Part shown: piece by piece, positions 37,495-49,214 of the stretch
How the letters are laid out: every line of letters starts with the position of its first letter
Numbering within the stretch: the first letter of the stretch is position 1
DNA from: Chiloscyllium plagiosum
Taxonomy: Eukaryota
Reading direction: 5' to 3'
Assembly: GCF_004010195.1 (NCBI RefSeq)
Contig: NC_057720.1
Span: 19,831,269 to 19,895,268, forward strand
Length of the DNA: 64,000 nt
Notes under the pieces: generated by a model
What the model saw: the letters and a program-made list of their open reading frames with translations, nothing else
The model's database searches: none
Told to the model about the DNA's origin: nothing
Position numbers and translations under genes: made by a program

Positions 37495-38500
37495 AGGGCG
37501 GCACTGTGACTCAGTGGTTAATACTGCTGCTTCACCATACCAGGGACCTGGGTTTGATTCCAGTCACAGACTGTGTGGAGTTTGTGCATTCTCCCTGTAC
37601 CTGCGTGGGTCTCCTCTGGTTCCCTCCCACAGTCCAAAGTTGTGCTGGTTAGTTGGATTAACCATGGGGAAAGCAGGGTTACAAGGATAGAGTAGGGGCA
37701 GGTGCCTGGGTGGGATGCTGTTTGGAGGGTTGGTGTGAAGTTCATGAGCTAAACGGCCTGCTTCCATAGTACAGTGGATTTTATGATTCTATAAAATCCT
37801 GGGTGGTGTATTCTGTGCATTTCTTCATCACGGTGGCACAGTAGTTAACACTGCTGCCTCACAGCACCAGAGACCCGGGTTCAATTCCCGCCTCAGGCAA
37901 CTATCTGTGTGGAGTTTGCACATTCTTCCCGTGTCTGCGTGGGTTTCCTCTGGGTGCTCCGGTTTCCTCCCACAGTCCAAAAATGTGCAGGTTAGGTGAA
38001 TTAGATTACTTACAGTGTGGAAACAGGCCCTTCAGCCTGTTCCCTACAATGTGGAAACAGGCCCTTCGGCCCAACAAGTCCACACTGACCCTCCGAAGAG
38101 AAACCCACCCAGACCCATTCCCCTACGTTTTACTCCTTCACCTAACACTACGGGCGATTTTTAGTTTGGCCAATTTACCTAACCTGCACATTTTGTTTTG
38201 GACTGCGGGAGGAAACTGGACCATCTGGAGGAAACCCACACAGACACCGGGAGAATGTACAAACACCACACAGACAGTTGCCTAAGGTGGGAATTGAACC
38301 AGGGTCTCTGGCGCTGTGAGGCAGCAGTGCTAACCACTGTGCCACCATGCTGCCCATGCTAAATTGCCCATAGTGTTAGGTGTAGGGGTAAATGTAGCGG
38401 AATGAGTCTGGGTGGGTGGCTCTTCGGAGGTTCGGCGTGGACTTGTTGGGCCGAAGGGCCTGTTTCCACATTGTAGGGAACCTAATCTAATCTAATCTAA
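37495..38500 (+). mobile_element. SINE cluster: 37495-37790 (+) and 37829-38500 (+) with a nested full reverse copy at 38001-38356
   Basis: Outer copy breaks at aggtgaatt and resumes at catgctaaattgccc. Confidence 0.85.
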
Positions 38501-39159
38501 TCACATGAGAGAGGAACTGATTAAAATACTTATGAGATGACACTAATGAAAATGATGGATGCAATTGTATGCTCTACCCCCAGGTGAGCTGGGAGGTGGC
38601 ATTTTAATTGGGTGGGACAGTGGTAGACAGGGACCCTGCTATCTTCCTGCCTCTGTCCTAATTATGTTCAGGGTGTGGAAGCCTCATGGATGGCCACCGA
38701 CATTTCACTCACCATGCAGGAAACCTGAGAAAGCAGTTAGGGTTCGTAGTGGGGGCTGTGCGCGAGGAGTGGGGTGAGATCCCCTCACTCAAAGAATCTC
38801 AACATTGAGCTATGCTTCTGCCCTTTACTTTAACTCCCATGCTCCCCTCTTGCCCATGAACGTCTCCTTGTGACTCCATACCACTCTCATTAGCCTCTAG
38901 TCTGGCATCCTTTGACAACCCTGGACCTCTGCTGAATCCATCGTCCCTGTTAAGGGGGACTGGAGAGTTGGGGGTTCAGGATTCCAATCACTGGGCACTT
39001 AATATCCTGTTTGGTCCTGCTAGCATTTTCTAGGCCCCAAGAGACTTCCTCTCAGTTCTTCTAACCTTCAGTGAATATAGCCTTAACTACTCCTGTCTCC
39101 CTTCACGTGTCAGTTTTGCATCCCAGGAATCAGCCTAGTAAATCTTCCCTCCATAGCCA

Positions 39160-40130
39160 GAACATAGAACATAGAACAGTACAGCATGGAACAGGCTCTT
39201 CAGCCCACGATGTTGTGCCGACTATTAATCCTCATGTATGCACCCTCAAATTTTTGTGACCATATGCATGTCCAGCAGTCTCTTAAATGTCCCCAATGAC
39301 CTTGTTTCCACAACTGCTGCTGGCAATGCATTTCATGCTCTCACAACTCTCTGTGTAAAGAACCCGCCTCTGACATCTCCTGTATACTTTCCTCCAACCA
39401 GCTTAAAACTATGACCCCTCGTGTTAGCCATTTCTGCCCTGGGAAATATTCTCTGGCTATCGACTCTATCTATGGCTCTCATTATCTTGTATACCTCAAT
39501 TAGGTCCCCTCTCCTCCTCCTTTTCTCCAATGAAAAAGGTCCGAGCTCAGTCAACCTCTCTTCATAAGGTATGCCCTCCAGTCCAGGCAGCATCCTAGTA
39601 AACCTCCTCTGAACCCTCTCCAAAGCATCTACATCTTTCCTATAAAGAGACCAAAACTGTACACAATACACCAGATGTGATCTCACCAAGGCCCTGTACA
39701 ATTGCAGCAAGTTATCTCTGATCCTGAATCTCAAATCCTCTCACTGTGAATGCGAATATTCTATTTGCTTTCTTCACTGTCTGCTGCACCTGCATGCTTA
39801 CTCTCAGTGGCTAGTGAACAAAGACACCAGATCTCAATGCACTCTCTGCCTCTCCCAATCTTTTGCCATTCAGAAAATAATCAGCCTTCCTGCTTTTGCT
39901 TCCATGTGGACAACCTCACATTTATTTATATTTTATTTCACTGCCACACATTTGCCCATTCATTCAACCTGTCTACGTCACAGTCAAGGACTCCTGCATC
40001 CTCCTTACAGTTCAAATTCCCACTCAGCTGGATACAACCTCAGTTTGTATCCTCTGCAAACAGAGATATTACATTCAGTTCTCTCAGCTAAATCATTAAA
40101 TTAAGGTTGTGAATAGCTGGGGTCAAAGTA
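39160..40130 (-). mobile_element. CR1 3' fragments
   Basis: ORF 39333-39734 LYRALVRSHLVYCVQFWS...; (AACATAG)n tail. Confidence 0.88.
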
Positions 40131-40179
40131 GCCAACAAGTGACTGCCTGAAATTTGGAAAATGATCCGTTTCTGGTTTA

Positions 40180-40440
40180 CCACTATCCAACCCCACCCTC
40201 CACTGCCTGGCTGAACTTGTTCCAAACTGAGCAATTTTTCCTTCGACTCCACTCACGATAAACAAATTAAAATATATTACTATAGGTATCTGTACGGATC
40301 CTACATTTGTGTTGGGCATATGGAATGTTCATTGTTCCTGTCTTATTCTGGGCCCATTTACCCATCTCTCCATTGATGCCATTTCCAGCTTTCACCCTGA
40401 TGTGGATTATTTCATTGAATTTGCATCCAACACTCACCCT
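40180..40440 (+). mobile_element. Degenerate PLE reverse transcriptase fragment
   Basis: accctccactgcctggctgaacttgtt...aattttccttcgactccactcac resembles TL..LAELV...NFSF.S.H. Confidence 0.45.
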
Positions 40441-41194
40441 CATCCTGCCTTCACATTGTCTATATCTGATCCTTTTCTCCTCTTTTGTGATTTTCCTGGA
40501 CAGGATTTTCATCTGCATGTGAATTTGCTTTGAGAATGTTCACATCTCAATTTTTTTTTGAAGGAAAATTCATTTTCTTCACACATTCCTGACCAGTGAT
40601 AGTTCGGATCAAAATCCCTAATGTGTAAACTCACAGATGAGGTCGGATTCCCAAAATTTAATGGCACACAAAAAAGTTGAAATTGGCGAAGAAAATGAAA
40701 AGCCTATGGAGCGATCAAGGTCATTCTGAAAATAAATGTAAAATGTTTTGACATCTTCAATGTCACTATTAGGTGCTGTGTTATAGAAATGTGTTTTTAA
40801 TACAGTAATTATCATTGGGATCTGTCTTGTAAAGTTATGCTGGCCTGTATTGTGACCAACAATATGTAATTATTCACATATATTACCATAAAATGCAAAA
40901 ATTAATGCTTTTTTGCTGTCCTGATTTTATTAGAATGGCAGAATGGACATTTTAAAATCCTGCTTCTGAAGGCTGAAAAAAATGGGTTTGCTCCTGCTCC
41001 CCAATCCATTGGTTGTCAGGTATGTGCTTTTAAATAAAATCAATTTGAAAAAATGGAACAGAAAGCAAGTTATAACTCCCCTTTTTTCTCTATTCTCATT
41101 ATCCAGCACCTCAAACATTTCTCCCGAATGAATAGTGATTTGCTTGCACTTTTTAAAATGTTTTTGTTGCTCACACTGTGGTCTATATTTTAAT

Positions 41195-41675
41195 AGAGGT
41201 CAAACATAGATCAGGTGAACACCTCCACTCAGTCCACACACATGACCCCAAGTTTCCAGCCACCTGACGTTTTAATTTTTCAAGATTAGAGTGGTGCTGG
41301 AAAAGCACAGCAGGTCAGACAGCAACCAAGGAGCAGGAAAACCGACTTTTCGGGCAAAAGCCCTTCATCAGGAATGAAGGCAGGTGGAGAGATAAATGGG
41401 AGGGGTGTAGGGCTGGGGAGAAGGTAGCTAAGAGTGCAATAGGTAGATGGAGGTGGGGATGAAGGTGACAGATTGGAGAGGAGATTGGAGTGGATAGGTG
41501 GGAAGGAAGATTGGCAGGTTTTAATTTTTCACCTTGCTTCCACTTGGACCCCTCTGTTCTTAGTTGCTGTAATGTTTCAATGAAACTCAATACAAATGTG
41601 AGAAACAGCACTTCACCGGGCAACACAGACTTGAGTCTTCTAGACTTAACAATAACTCAATGAATTTTAAGTTTA
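41195..41675 (+). mobile_element. Degenerate PLE ORF C-terminus (GIY-YIG region)
   Basis: Decayed codons resemble EHL.SV...DP..P.A..FN...Q.K.E.QH....LN of vertebrate PLE ORFs. Interrupted by the 41283 insertion. Confidence 0.5.
41283..41517 (-). mobile_element. PLE 3' fragment with hammerhead, inserted in an older PLE
   Basis: tttcgggcaaaagcccttcatcaggaat at ~41348-41375 plus a purine-rich tract. 14-bp TSD gttttaatttttca at 41269-41282 and 41518-41531. Confidence 0.8.
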
Positions 41676-42013
41676 ATGACTATCCCTGTTTTGTTTTACT
41701 TTGCTTTTTTCCACAGCATTTGTTTTCTGCTGCATTTAATATTTAGCTTGCCACTTACATTTACATTTACATTTAGTATTTGGCTTGCCATTTACATCTC
41801 CTCAAGACCGACCTTGTTTCTTTACTTGTCCCTTACCAATTATTTTGGATTTGCATCATAAACATTTATGTAAATCACTCCTGCCCTCCATCCCAAAGGG
41901 AAACTCACATTTAACTAAGTTGGGTTTTTGCTTTGACAAACGCTGATGAGGGCAATGCTGTTCACATGGTGTTCAAAAATTTCTAGAGGGTATTTGAAGC
42001 ATTGCCACACAAC

Positions 42014-42192
42014 GTAAAAGCAAATTACTGCGGATGTGGGAATCTGAAACCAACAGAGAAAATGCTGGAAAATCTCAGCAGGTTTGGCAGCATCTGTAAG
42101 GAGAGAAAAGAGCTGACATTTCGAGTCTAACTGACCTTTTGTCAAAGCTAGGACAAAGCTCGAAACGTCAGCTCTTTTCTCTCCTTACAGAT
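42014..42192. mobile_element. Inverted PLE-type pLTR insertion in CR1
   Basis: ctgtaaggagagaaaagagctgac / gtcagctcttttctctccttacag arms. 13-bp TSD attgccacacaac at 42001-42013 and 42193-42205. Confidence 0.75.
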
Positions 42193-43636
42193 ATTGCCAC
42201 ACAACAGACTTGTGTGTAAAGTTAGAGCTCATGAAATAAAAGGAATAGTGGCAACATGGACACAAAATTGGCTGAGTAACGGTTAATGACTATTTTTCAG
42301 GTTGGGGCATGGATTGTCGTGGAGTTCCGCAGGGATCAGTGTTGAGGCTCTTGCTTTTCCTGACACATAGAAATGATCCAAACCATAGTGTATAGGGCAC
42401 AGTTATTTAATTTACAGAGGATATGAAACTTGCAAACCTTGTAAACAGTAAGGAGAACAGTGTATTACTCCAAAAGGTCATAGATAAGTTGGTTGAAAGG
42501 TTGGGTTGGTGGTAGGTGAAGCTCAATACAGAAAGTGAGGTGATACATTTTGGTAGAGAGAACATGGAGTCAATATAAAAGCCCAAATTCAAAGGGGATG
42601 AAGGAGCAGAGAGACCACAGTGCACAAGTCTTCAGGGCAAGACAGATTGAGAGAGCAATTTTGAAATCACACGGTAACATAAGCTCTATTAATAGGGGCA
42701 TATAATACAAGAGCCAAGGAAATAAATTGAAATGCATTCATTCAACCTCTGACAGAATATTGTGTCCAATTGAAAGCTACATTTTAGGAAGAATGTGACA
42801 ATATTAGGCAGATGAGGTTTATAAGAATCTTATTTTTTAAAAAGTTTATTCATGCGGTGTGCATAACACTGACTTGGTCAGCATTCATTGTCCATCCCTA
42901 ATGATTGTCTTCTTAAGCCTCTGAAGTCTTGGGGTATATGCCAGCCAGTGCTTTTTGTAAAGGACTCAGTATTGATTGCATCCCCAATTAGCCCAGAGAA
43001 GGTTGTCTTCTAGAATTGCTGCAATCGTTTGGATATAGGGACATCCAGTGATGTTTGGAAGGGAATTGCAGGTTTTTGACCCAATGACAGCATAGGAATG
43101 GGCGATATAATTCCATGTCAGGATGGAGTGGGAGAGAAAGGTGATGTTTGAAAGGTGATGTTGAAGTAGGCTTGGAGAGTTACTGCAGTGCACCTTGTAA
43201 ATAGTACATACTGCTGCTATGCTGTGGAGGTGGTGAAGGGTGAATGTGGGAGACAGGGTGTCAATCCAGTAAGCTTGAATGACATCAAACTCCTTTAGTA
43301 TTGTTGAAGCAGCACTCATCTAAGGCAGTGGAAAATATCTTAACATACTGCTAACTTGTGCCTTGTTAGAATGGACAGGAATTTGGGAGACAGGACAAAG
43401 AGTTATTCACTGCAGAGTTACTATCTTCTGCTCTGCTGTGGTAGCCACAGTATTGATGCCCCTGGTCCAGTTCAGTTGCCAGTCAATGCTAACTCCAAAG
43501 ATGTTGATAATGGGGATTTCAGAGATGGTAATGTCATCGAATATCAATGGTTAGTTTCTCTCTCTTGTTTGAAATGGTCAAATTGGACAGATGTTCAAAA
43601 TGGCTGTGGAGGAATATTTTAGTGACAGCAACCAGA

Positions 43637-46149
43637 ACACCATACTTTTAAAATTTGGTATGGAAAAGGAAATAGCTAGAGCGCAGAAAAAGGTTTTGGT
43701 TTGGAGGAAAGGGAGATTTTGTGAAAATAAGGTAGGATCTGGCCAAAGTAGACCAGGAACAGCTATTTAAGGGTAAATCTACAGCAGAACAATGGGAGGT
43801 GTTCAAAAAGGTGCTGGGGAGAGTAAAGGCCCAGCATTTTTCCTTCAAGGTAAAATGTAGGAGCAATAAGCCAGGGGAACCCAGGATTTGTTGGAATATT
43901 TAGAAATAGATAAAAATGAAAGAAGAGATTAAGCAGGTAAATGCGTGGCTGAATGATTGGTGTGGGAGAAATAGGTTTGAATTCATGGGACATTGGCACC
44001 AGTACTGGGGAAGAAAGGACCTATTCTGATGGGATGGTCTTCATCTGAGGAGGTAAGAGTGCAGGTTACCAATGTAGCGGATGGTTACTAGACAATAAAG
44101 AAGAGGGACAGAACAGTTGAATATCTTTATGCACCAAGGAATTATTTAAGAATTCGGGAAATTTACCGGTGGAACAAATGTAAAAGCTTTGTATCTAAAT
44201 GCACGAAGCATTCTAAATAAAGTGGATAAACTAATTGCGCAGATAGATATAAACGGGTACAATATAATTGGGATTCAGGACACATAGCTGCAGGGTGACC
44301 AGGGATGGGAACTGAATGTTGGAGGGTATTCAGTATTTAGGATGCACAGGTAAAAAGAAAAAGGTGGTGGAGTGGCATTGCTGGTTAAAGAGGAAAATTA
44401 ACACAATAGTGAGAAAGGATATTAGCTCTGAAAATGTGGAGTCTGTATGGGTAGAGTTGAGAAATACCAAGGTGCGAAAAACATTAATGGGTGTCATATG
44501 TAGACACCCAAACTGCAGTGGTGATGATGGGAATGGCATTGAACAGGAAATTAGAGATGCATGTGATAAAGGAATATTGGTGATCATGGGTGATTTTAAT
44601 CTGTACGTAGATTCGGCAAATTAAGTTAGCCACAATGCCTTAGAGGAGGAATTCCTGGAGTGTATATGGAATGGTTTTCTTGACCAATATGTGAAGGAGC
44701 TGAAAATGTGTTGCTGGAAAAGCGCAGCAGGTCAGGCAGCATCCAAGGAACAGGAGAATCGACGTTTCGGGCATAAGCCCTTCTTCAGGGCAAATTCCGG
44801 AAGAAGGGCTTATCGGCAAATTAAGTTAGCCACAATGCCTTAGAGGAGGAATTCCTGGAGTGTATATGGAATGGTTTTCTTGACCAATATGTGAAGGAGC
44901 TGAAAATGTGTTGCTGGAAAAGCGCAGCAGGTCAGGCAGCATCCAAGGAACAGGAGAATCGACGTTTCGGGCATAAGCCCTTCTTCAGGGCAAATTCCGG
45001 AAGAAGGGCTTATGCCCGAAACGTCGATTCTCCTGTTCCTTGGATCTGCTTGACCCTGCTGCGCTTTTCCAGCAACACATTTTCAGCTCCTTCACATATT
45101 GGTCAAGAAAACCATTCCATATACACTCCAGGAATTCCTCCTCTAAGGCATTGTGGCTAACTTAATTTGCCGAATCTACGTACAGATTAAAATCACCCAT
45201 GATCACCAATATTCCTTTATCACATGCATCTCTAATTTCCTGTTCAATGCCATTCCCATCATCACCACTGCAGTTTGGGTGTCTACATATGACACCCATT
45301 AATGTTTTTCGCACCTTGGTATTTCTCAACTCTACCCATACAGACTCCACATTTTCAGAGCTAATATCCTTTCTCACTATTGTGTTAATTTTCCTCTTTA
45401 ACCAGCAATGCCACTCCACCACCTTTTTCTTTTTACCTGTGCATCCTAAATACTGAATACCCTCCAACATTCAGTTCCCATCCCTGGTCACCCTGCAGCT
45501 ATGTGTCCTGAATCCCAATTATATTGTACCCGTTTATATCTATCTGCGCAATTAGTTTATCCACTTTATTTAGAATGCTTCGTGCATTTAGATACAAAGC
45601 TTTTACATTTGTTCCACCGGTAAATTTCCCGAATTCTTAAATAATTCCTTGGTGCATAAAGATATTCAACTGTTCTGTCCCTCTTCTTTATTGTCTAGTA
45701 ACCATCCGCTACATTGGTAACCTGCACTCTTACCTCCTCAGATGAAGACCATCCCATCAGAATAGGTCCTTTCTTCCCCAGTACTGGTGCCAATGTCCCA
45801 TGAATTCAAACCTATTTCTCCCACACCAATCATTCAGCCACGCATTTACCTGCTTAATCTCTTCTTTCATTTTTATCTATTTCTAAATATTCCAACAAAT
45901 CCTGGGTTCCCCTGGCTTATTGCTCCTACATTTTACCTTGAAGGAAAAATGCTGGGCCTTTACTCTCCCCAGCACCTTTTTGAACACCTCCCATTGTTCT
46001 GCTGTAGATTTACCCTTAAATAGCTGTTCCTGGTCTACTTTGGCCAGATCCTACCTTATTTTCACAAAATCTCCCTTTCCTCCAAACCAAAACCTTTTTC
46101 TGCGCTCTAGCTATTTCCTTTTCCATACCAAATTTTAAAAGTATGGTGT
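43637..46149. repeat. ~2.5 kb palindrome with an internal exact 200-bp tandem duplication
   Basis: Identical ORF translations on opposite strands (44316+/45162-, 43648-/45920+, 43763-/45787+). 44614-44813 is repeated at 44814-45013. Confidence 0.95.
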
Positions 46150-49100
46150 CTGACCTATCACCCTCACCTTGACCTCTTTCCACCTATCGCATTTCCAACG
46201 CCCCTCCCCCAAGTCCCTCCTCCCTACCTTTTATCTTAGCCTGCTGGACAAACTTTCCTTATTCCTGAAGAAGGGCTTATGCCCGAAACGTCGATTCTCC
46301 TGTTCCCTGGATGCTGCCTGACCTGCTGTGCTTTTCCAGCAACACATTTTCAGCTCTGATCTCCAGCATCTGCAGACCTCACTTTCTCCTCAAAGATTCT
46401 CCCCCAATATGTGAAGGAACCAACTCGAGAGCAGGTCATCTTAGACTGGGTGTTGTGCAATAAGAAGGGAACCATTGCCAATCTAGCTGTGCAAGACCCT
46501 TCGGGGATGAGCAACCATATTATGAGAGAAGTTTTTATCAAGATGGAGAGTGAGATAGTTGATTCAGAAACTAGGATGCTGAGTCTTAATATAGGAAATT
46601 GAAAAGATATGGGGTATGAGTTGGCCTTGATTGGTTGGACAGAGTTAATTAAAGGGATGACAATGGATAGGCAATGGCAAACGTTCAAGGAATGCATGGG
46701 AGAACTGCAACAAGAGCTATAGGGAGAAGCTGAATAGGCTGGGGCTGTTTTCCTTGTAGCGTTGGAGGCTGAGAGGTGACCTTATAGAAGTTTATAAAAT
46801 CATGAGGGGCATGGATAGGATAAATAGACAAAGTATTTTCCCTGGCATGGGGGAGTCCAGAACTAGAAGGCATAGGTTTACGGTGAGAGGGGAAAGATAC
46901 AAAAGGAACCTAAGGAGCAACATTTTTATGCAGAGGGTGGTGCGTGTATGGAATGAGGTGCCAGAGGAAGTGGTGGAGGCTGGTACAATTGCAGCATTTA
47001 AAAGGCAGCTGGATGGGTATATGAATAGGAATGGTTTAGAGGGATATGGGCCAAGTGCTGACAAGTGGGACTAGATTAGGTTAGGATATCTGAGCGGCAT
47101 GAATGAGTTGGACTGATGGGTTTGTTTTCATGCTGTACATCTCTATGACTAACTGTTTATTCCTGTCCGGCACAAAAGCAAAATGGGTAAGAGGGCCAAT
47201 CCATGAATTACAAAGGAAATTAGAGGTAGTATCCAATCCAAGGAAGAAGCATACATATTGGTCAAGAAAAATAATAGGTCTGAGGTTGGGAAGCAGTTTA
47301 GAATCCACTAAAGAAGTATCAAGGGATTGAATAAAAAGAGGAAAATACAGTACAAAAGTAAGCTTGTAGGGATCATAAAGGCTGACAGTAATAGTTTTTA
47401 TTGGTATGTGAAGAGAAAGAGATGAGTAAGACAAATGTAGGTCCTCTACAGACAGAAACGAGGTGATGTATAATAGGGGACAAAGAAATGGCTGAAAAAC
47501 TGAATATATACTTTGGTTCTGTCTTCACAAAAGAGGACACAGATCAGATACCAGAAATGTTAGAGAATGCAAGATTTAGTGAGAGGGAAGAACTGAGGGA
47601 GATCAATATTAGCAGAGAAATAGTGCTGGGAAAATTGAGGGGATTGAAGGTGAATAAATTTCCAGGGCCTGATAGTCTACATCCCAGAATGTTTCAGGAA
47701 ATGGCTCTCGAAATAGTGGATGCATTGATGGTCATCTTCCAGGATTCTATAGACTCTGGAACTGTCCCTGCAGATTGGAGGGTAGCTAATGTTACTCCAA
47801 TACTCAAAAAGGGAGGTAGAGAGAAACCAGGGAATTATAGAGTAGCAAGCCTAACATCGGTAGTAGGGAAAATTCTCGAATCCATTATCAATGACTTTGT
47901 AGTGGAGCAATTAGAAAGCAGTGGCAGGATCAGACAAGGTCAGCATGGATTTATGAAGGGGAAATCATGATTGACATTCTATGAAGATATAATTAGTAGA
48001 GTTGACAAAGGGGAGTCAGTTGATGTGGTATATGTGGACTTGCAGAAAGTATTTGGCGAAGTCCCACATAAGAGATTATTGTGCAAGATTAAAGCGCATG
48101 GGATTGGGGAAGTGTATTGAGATGGATAGAAAACTGACTGGCCGAGAGGAAACAAAGAGTAGGAATTAATGGGTCCTTTTCAAATACGGAGGCAGTAACT
48201 AATGGAACTGCAGGGATCGGTACAGGGACGCAAGCTGTTCACAATATATATTCATGATTTGAATGAGGGAACAAAATGTAACATCGCAAAGTTTGCAGAT
48301 GATATGAAGTTGGATGGGACAGTAAATTGTGAGGAGGATGCAGAGATTCTTCAGCATGATCTGGACAGGTGGGATGAGTGGGCAAATCAATGGCAGATGC
48401 TGTATAATTTGGATAAATGTGAGGTTATTCACTTTGGAAGTAAAATCAAGAAGACAGATTACTACCTGAATGGCTGTAAATTGGGAGAGGGGAGTGTGCA
48501 GCAGGATCTGACTGGGGAAGGTAAGCATGCGGGTACAGCAGGTGGTAAGGAAGGCAAATGGTATGTTGGCCTTCATTGCAAGAGGCTTCGAGTACAGGAG
48601 CAGGGATGTGCTTTTGCTGGTATATAGGTTCTTGGTGAGACCACATCTAGAATATTGAATGCATTTTTTGATCTCCTTTTCTGAGGAAGATGCTCTTGCT
48701 CTTGAGGGAGTGCAACGAAGGTTGACCAGACTGATTCCAGAGATGACGGGACTGGCGTGTCCTTACATTAGAAATTGACTAGGTTAGGATTGTTTTTGCT
48801 GGAGTTCAGACAAGTGAGGGAGTATCTCATGGAGAAATATAAAATTTTAACAGGACTAGACAGGTTAGATGCAGGAAGGATGTTCTCGATGGTGTGTGTC
48901 CAGAAACAGGGGTGACAGTCTAAGGATTCAAGGTAGACCATTTAGAACAGAGATGAGGAGGCATTTCTTCACCAAAAACTGGTGAGCCTGTGGAATTCAT
49001 TACCACAGGAAGTGGCTAATGCCAAAACATTGAATATGTTCAAGAGGTGGCTAGATATAGCACTTGGGGTGAATGGGATCAAAGTTTAAGAGGACAAAGC

Positions 49101-49210
49101 AGGATTAAGCAATTGAGTTGGACGATCGGTCATAAATATGATGAATGGCGGAGCAGGTTCGAAGGGCTGAATGGCCTTCTCCTGCTCCTATCTTCTATGT
49201 TTCAATGTTT
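44170..49210 (+). mobile_element. CR1 ORF2 (APE endonuclease to 3' UTR), interrupted by the PLE/palindrome and a CR1 3' fragment (46715-47150)
   Basis: LYLNARSI.NK, ESVWVELRN, IMGDFN, then RT motifs (ORFs 47488, 48202). Confidence 0.88.
44699..46403. mobile_element. PLE insertion (inverted 5' pLTR at 44699, 3' end at 46150-46403) enclosing an inverted copy of upstream DNA
   Basis: 15-bp TSD ccaatatgtgaagga at 44684-44698 and 46404-46418. attcCTGAAGAagggcttatgcccGAAAcgtcg at 46261-46293. Confidence 0.75.
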
Positions 49211-49214
49211 GAAG

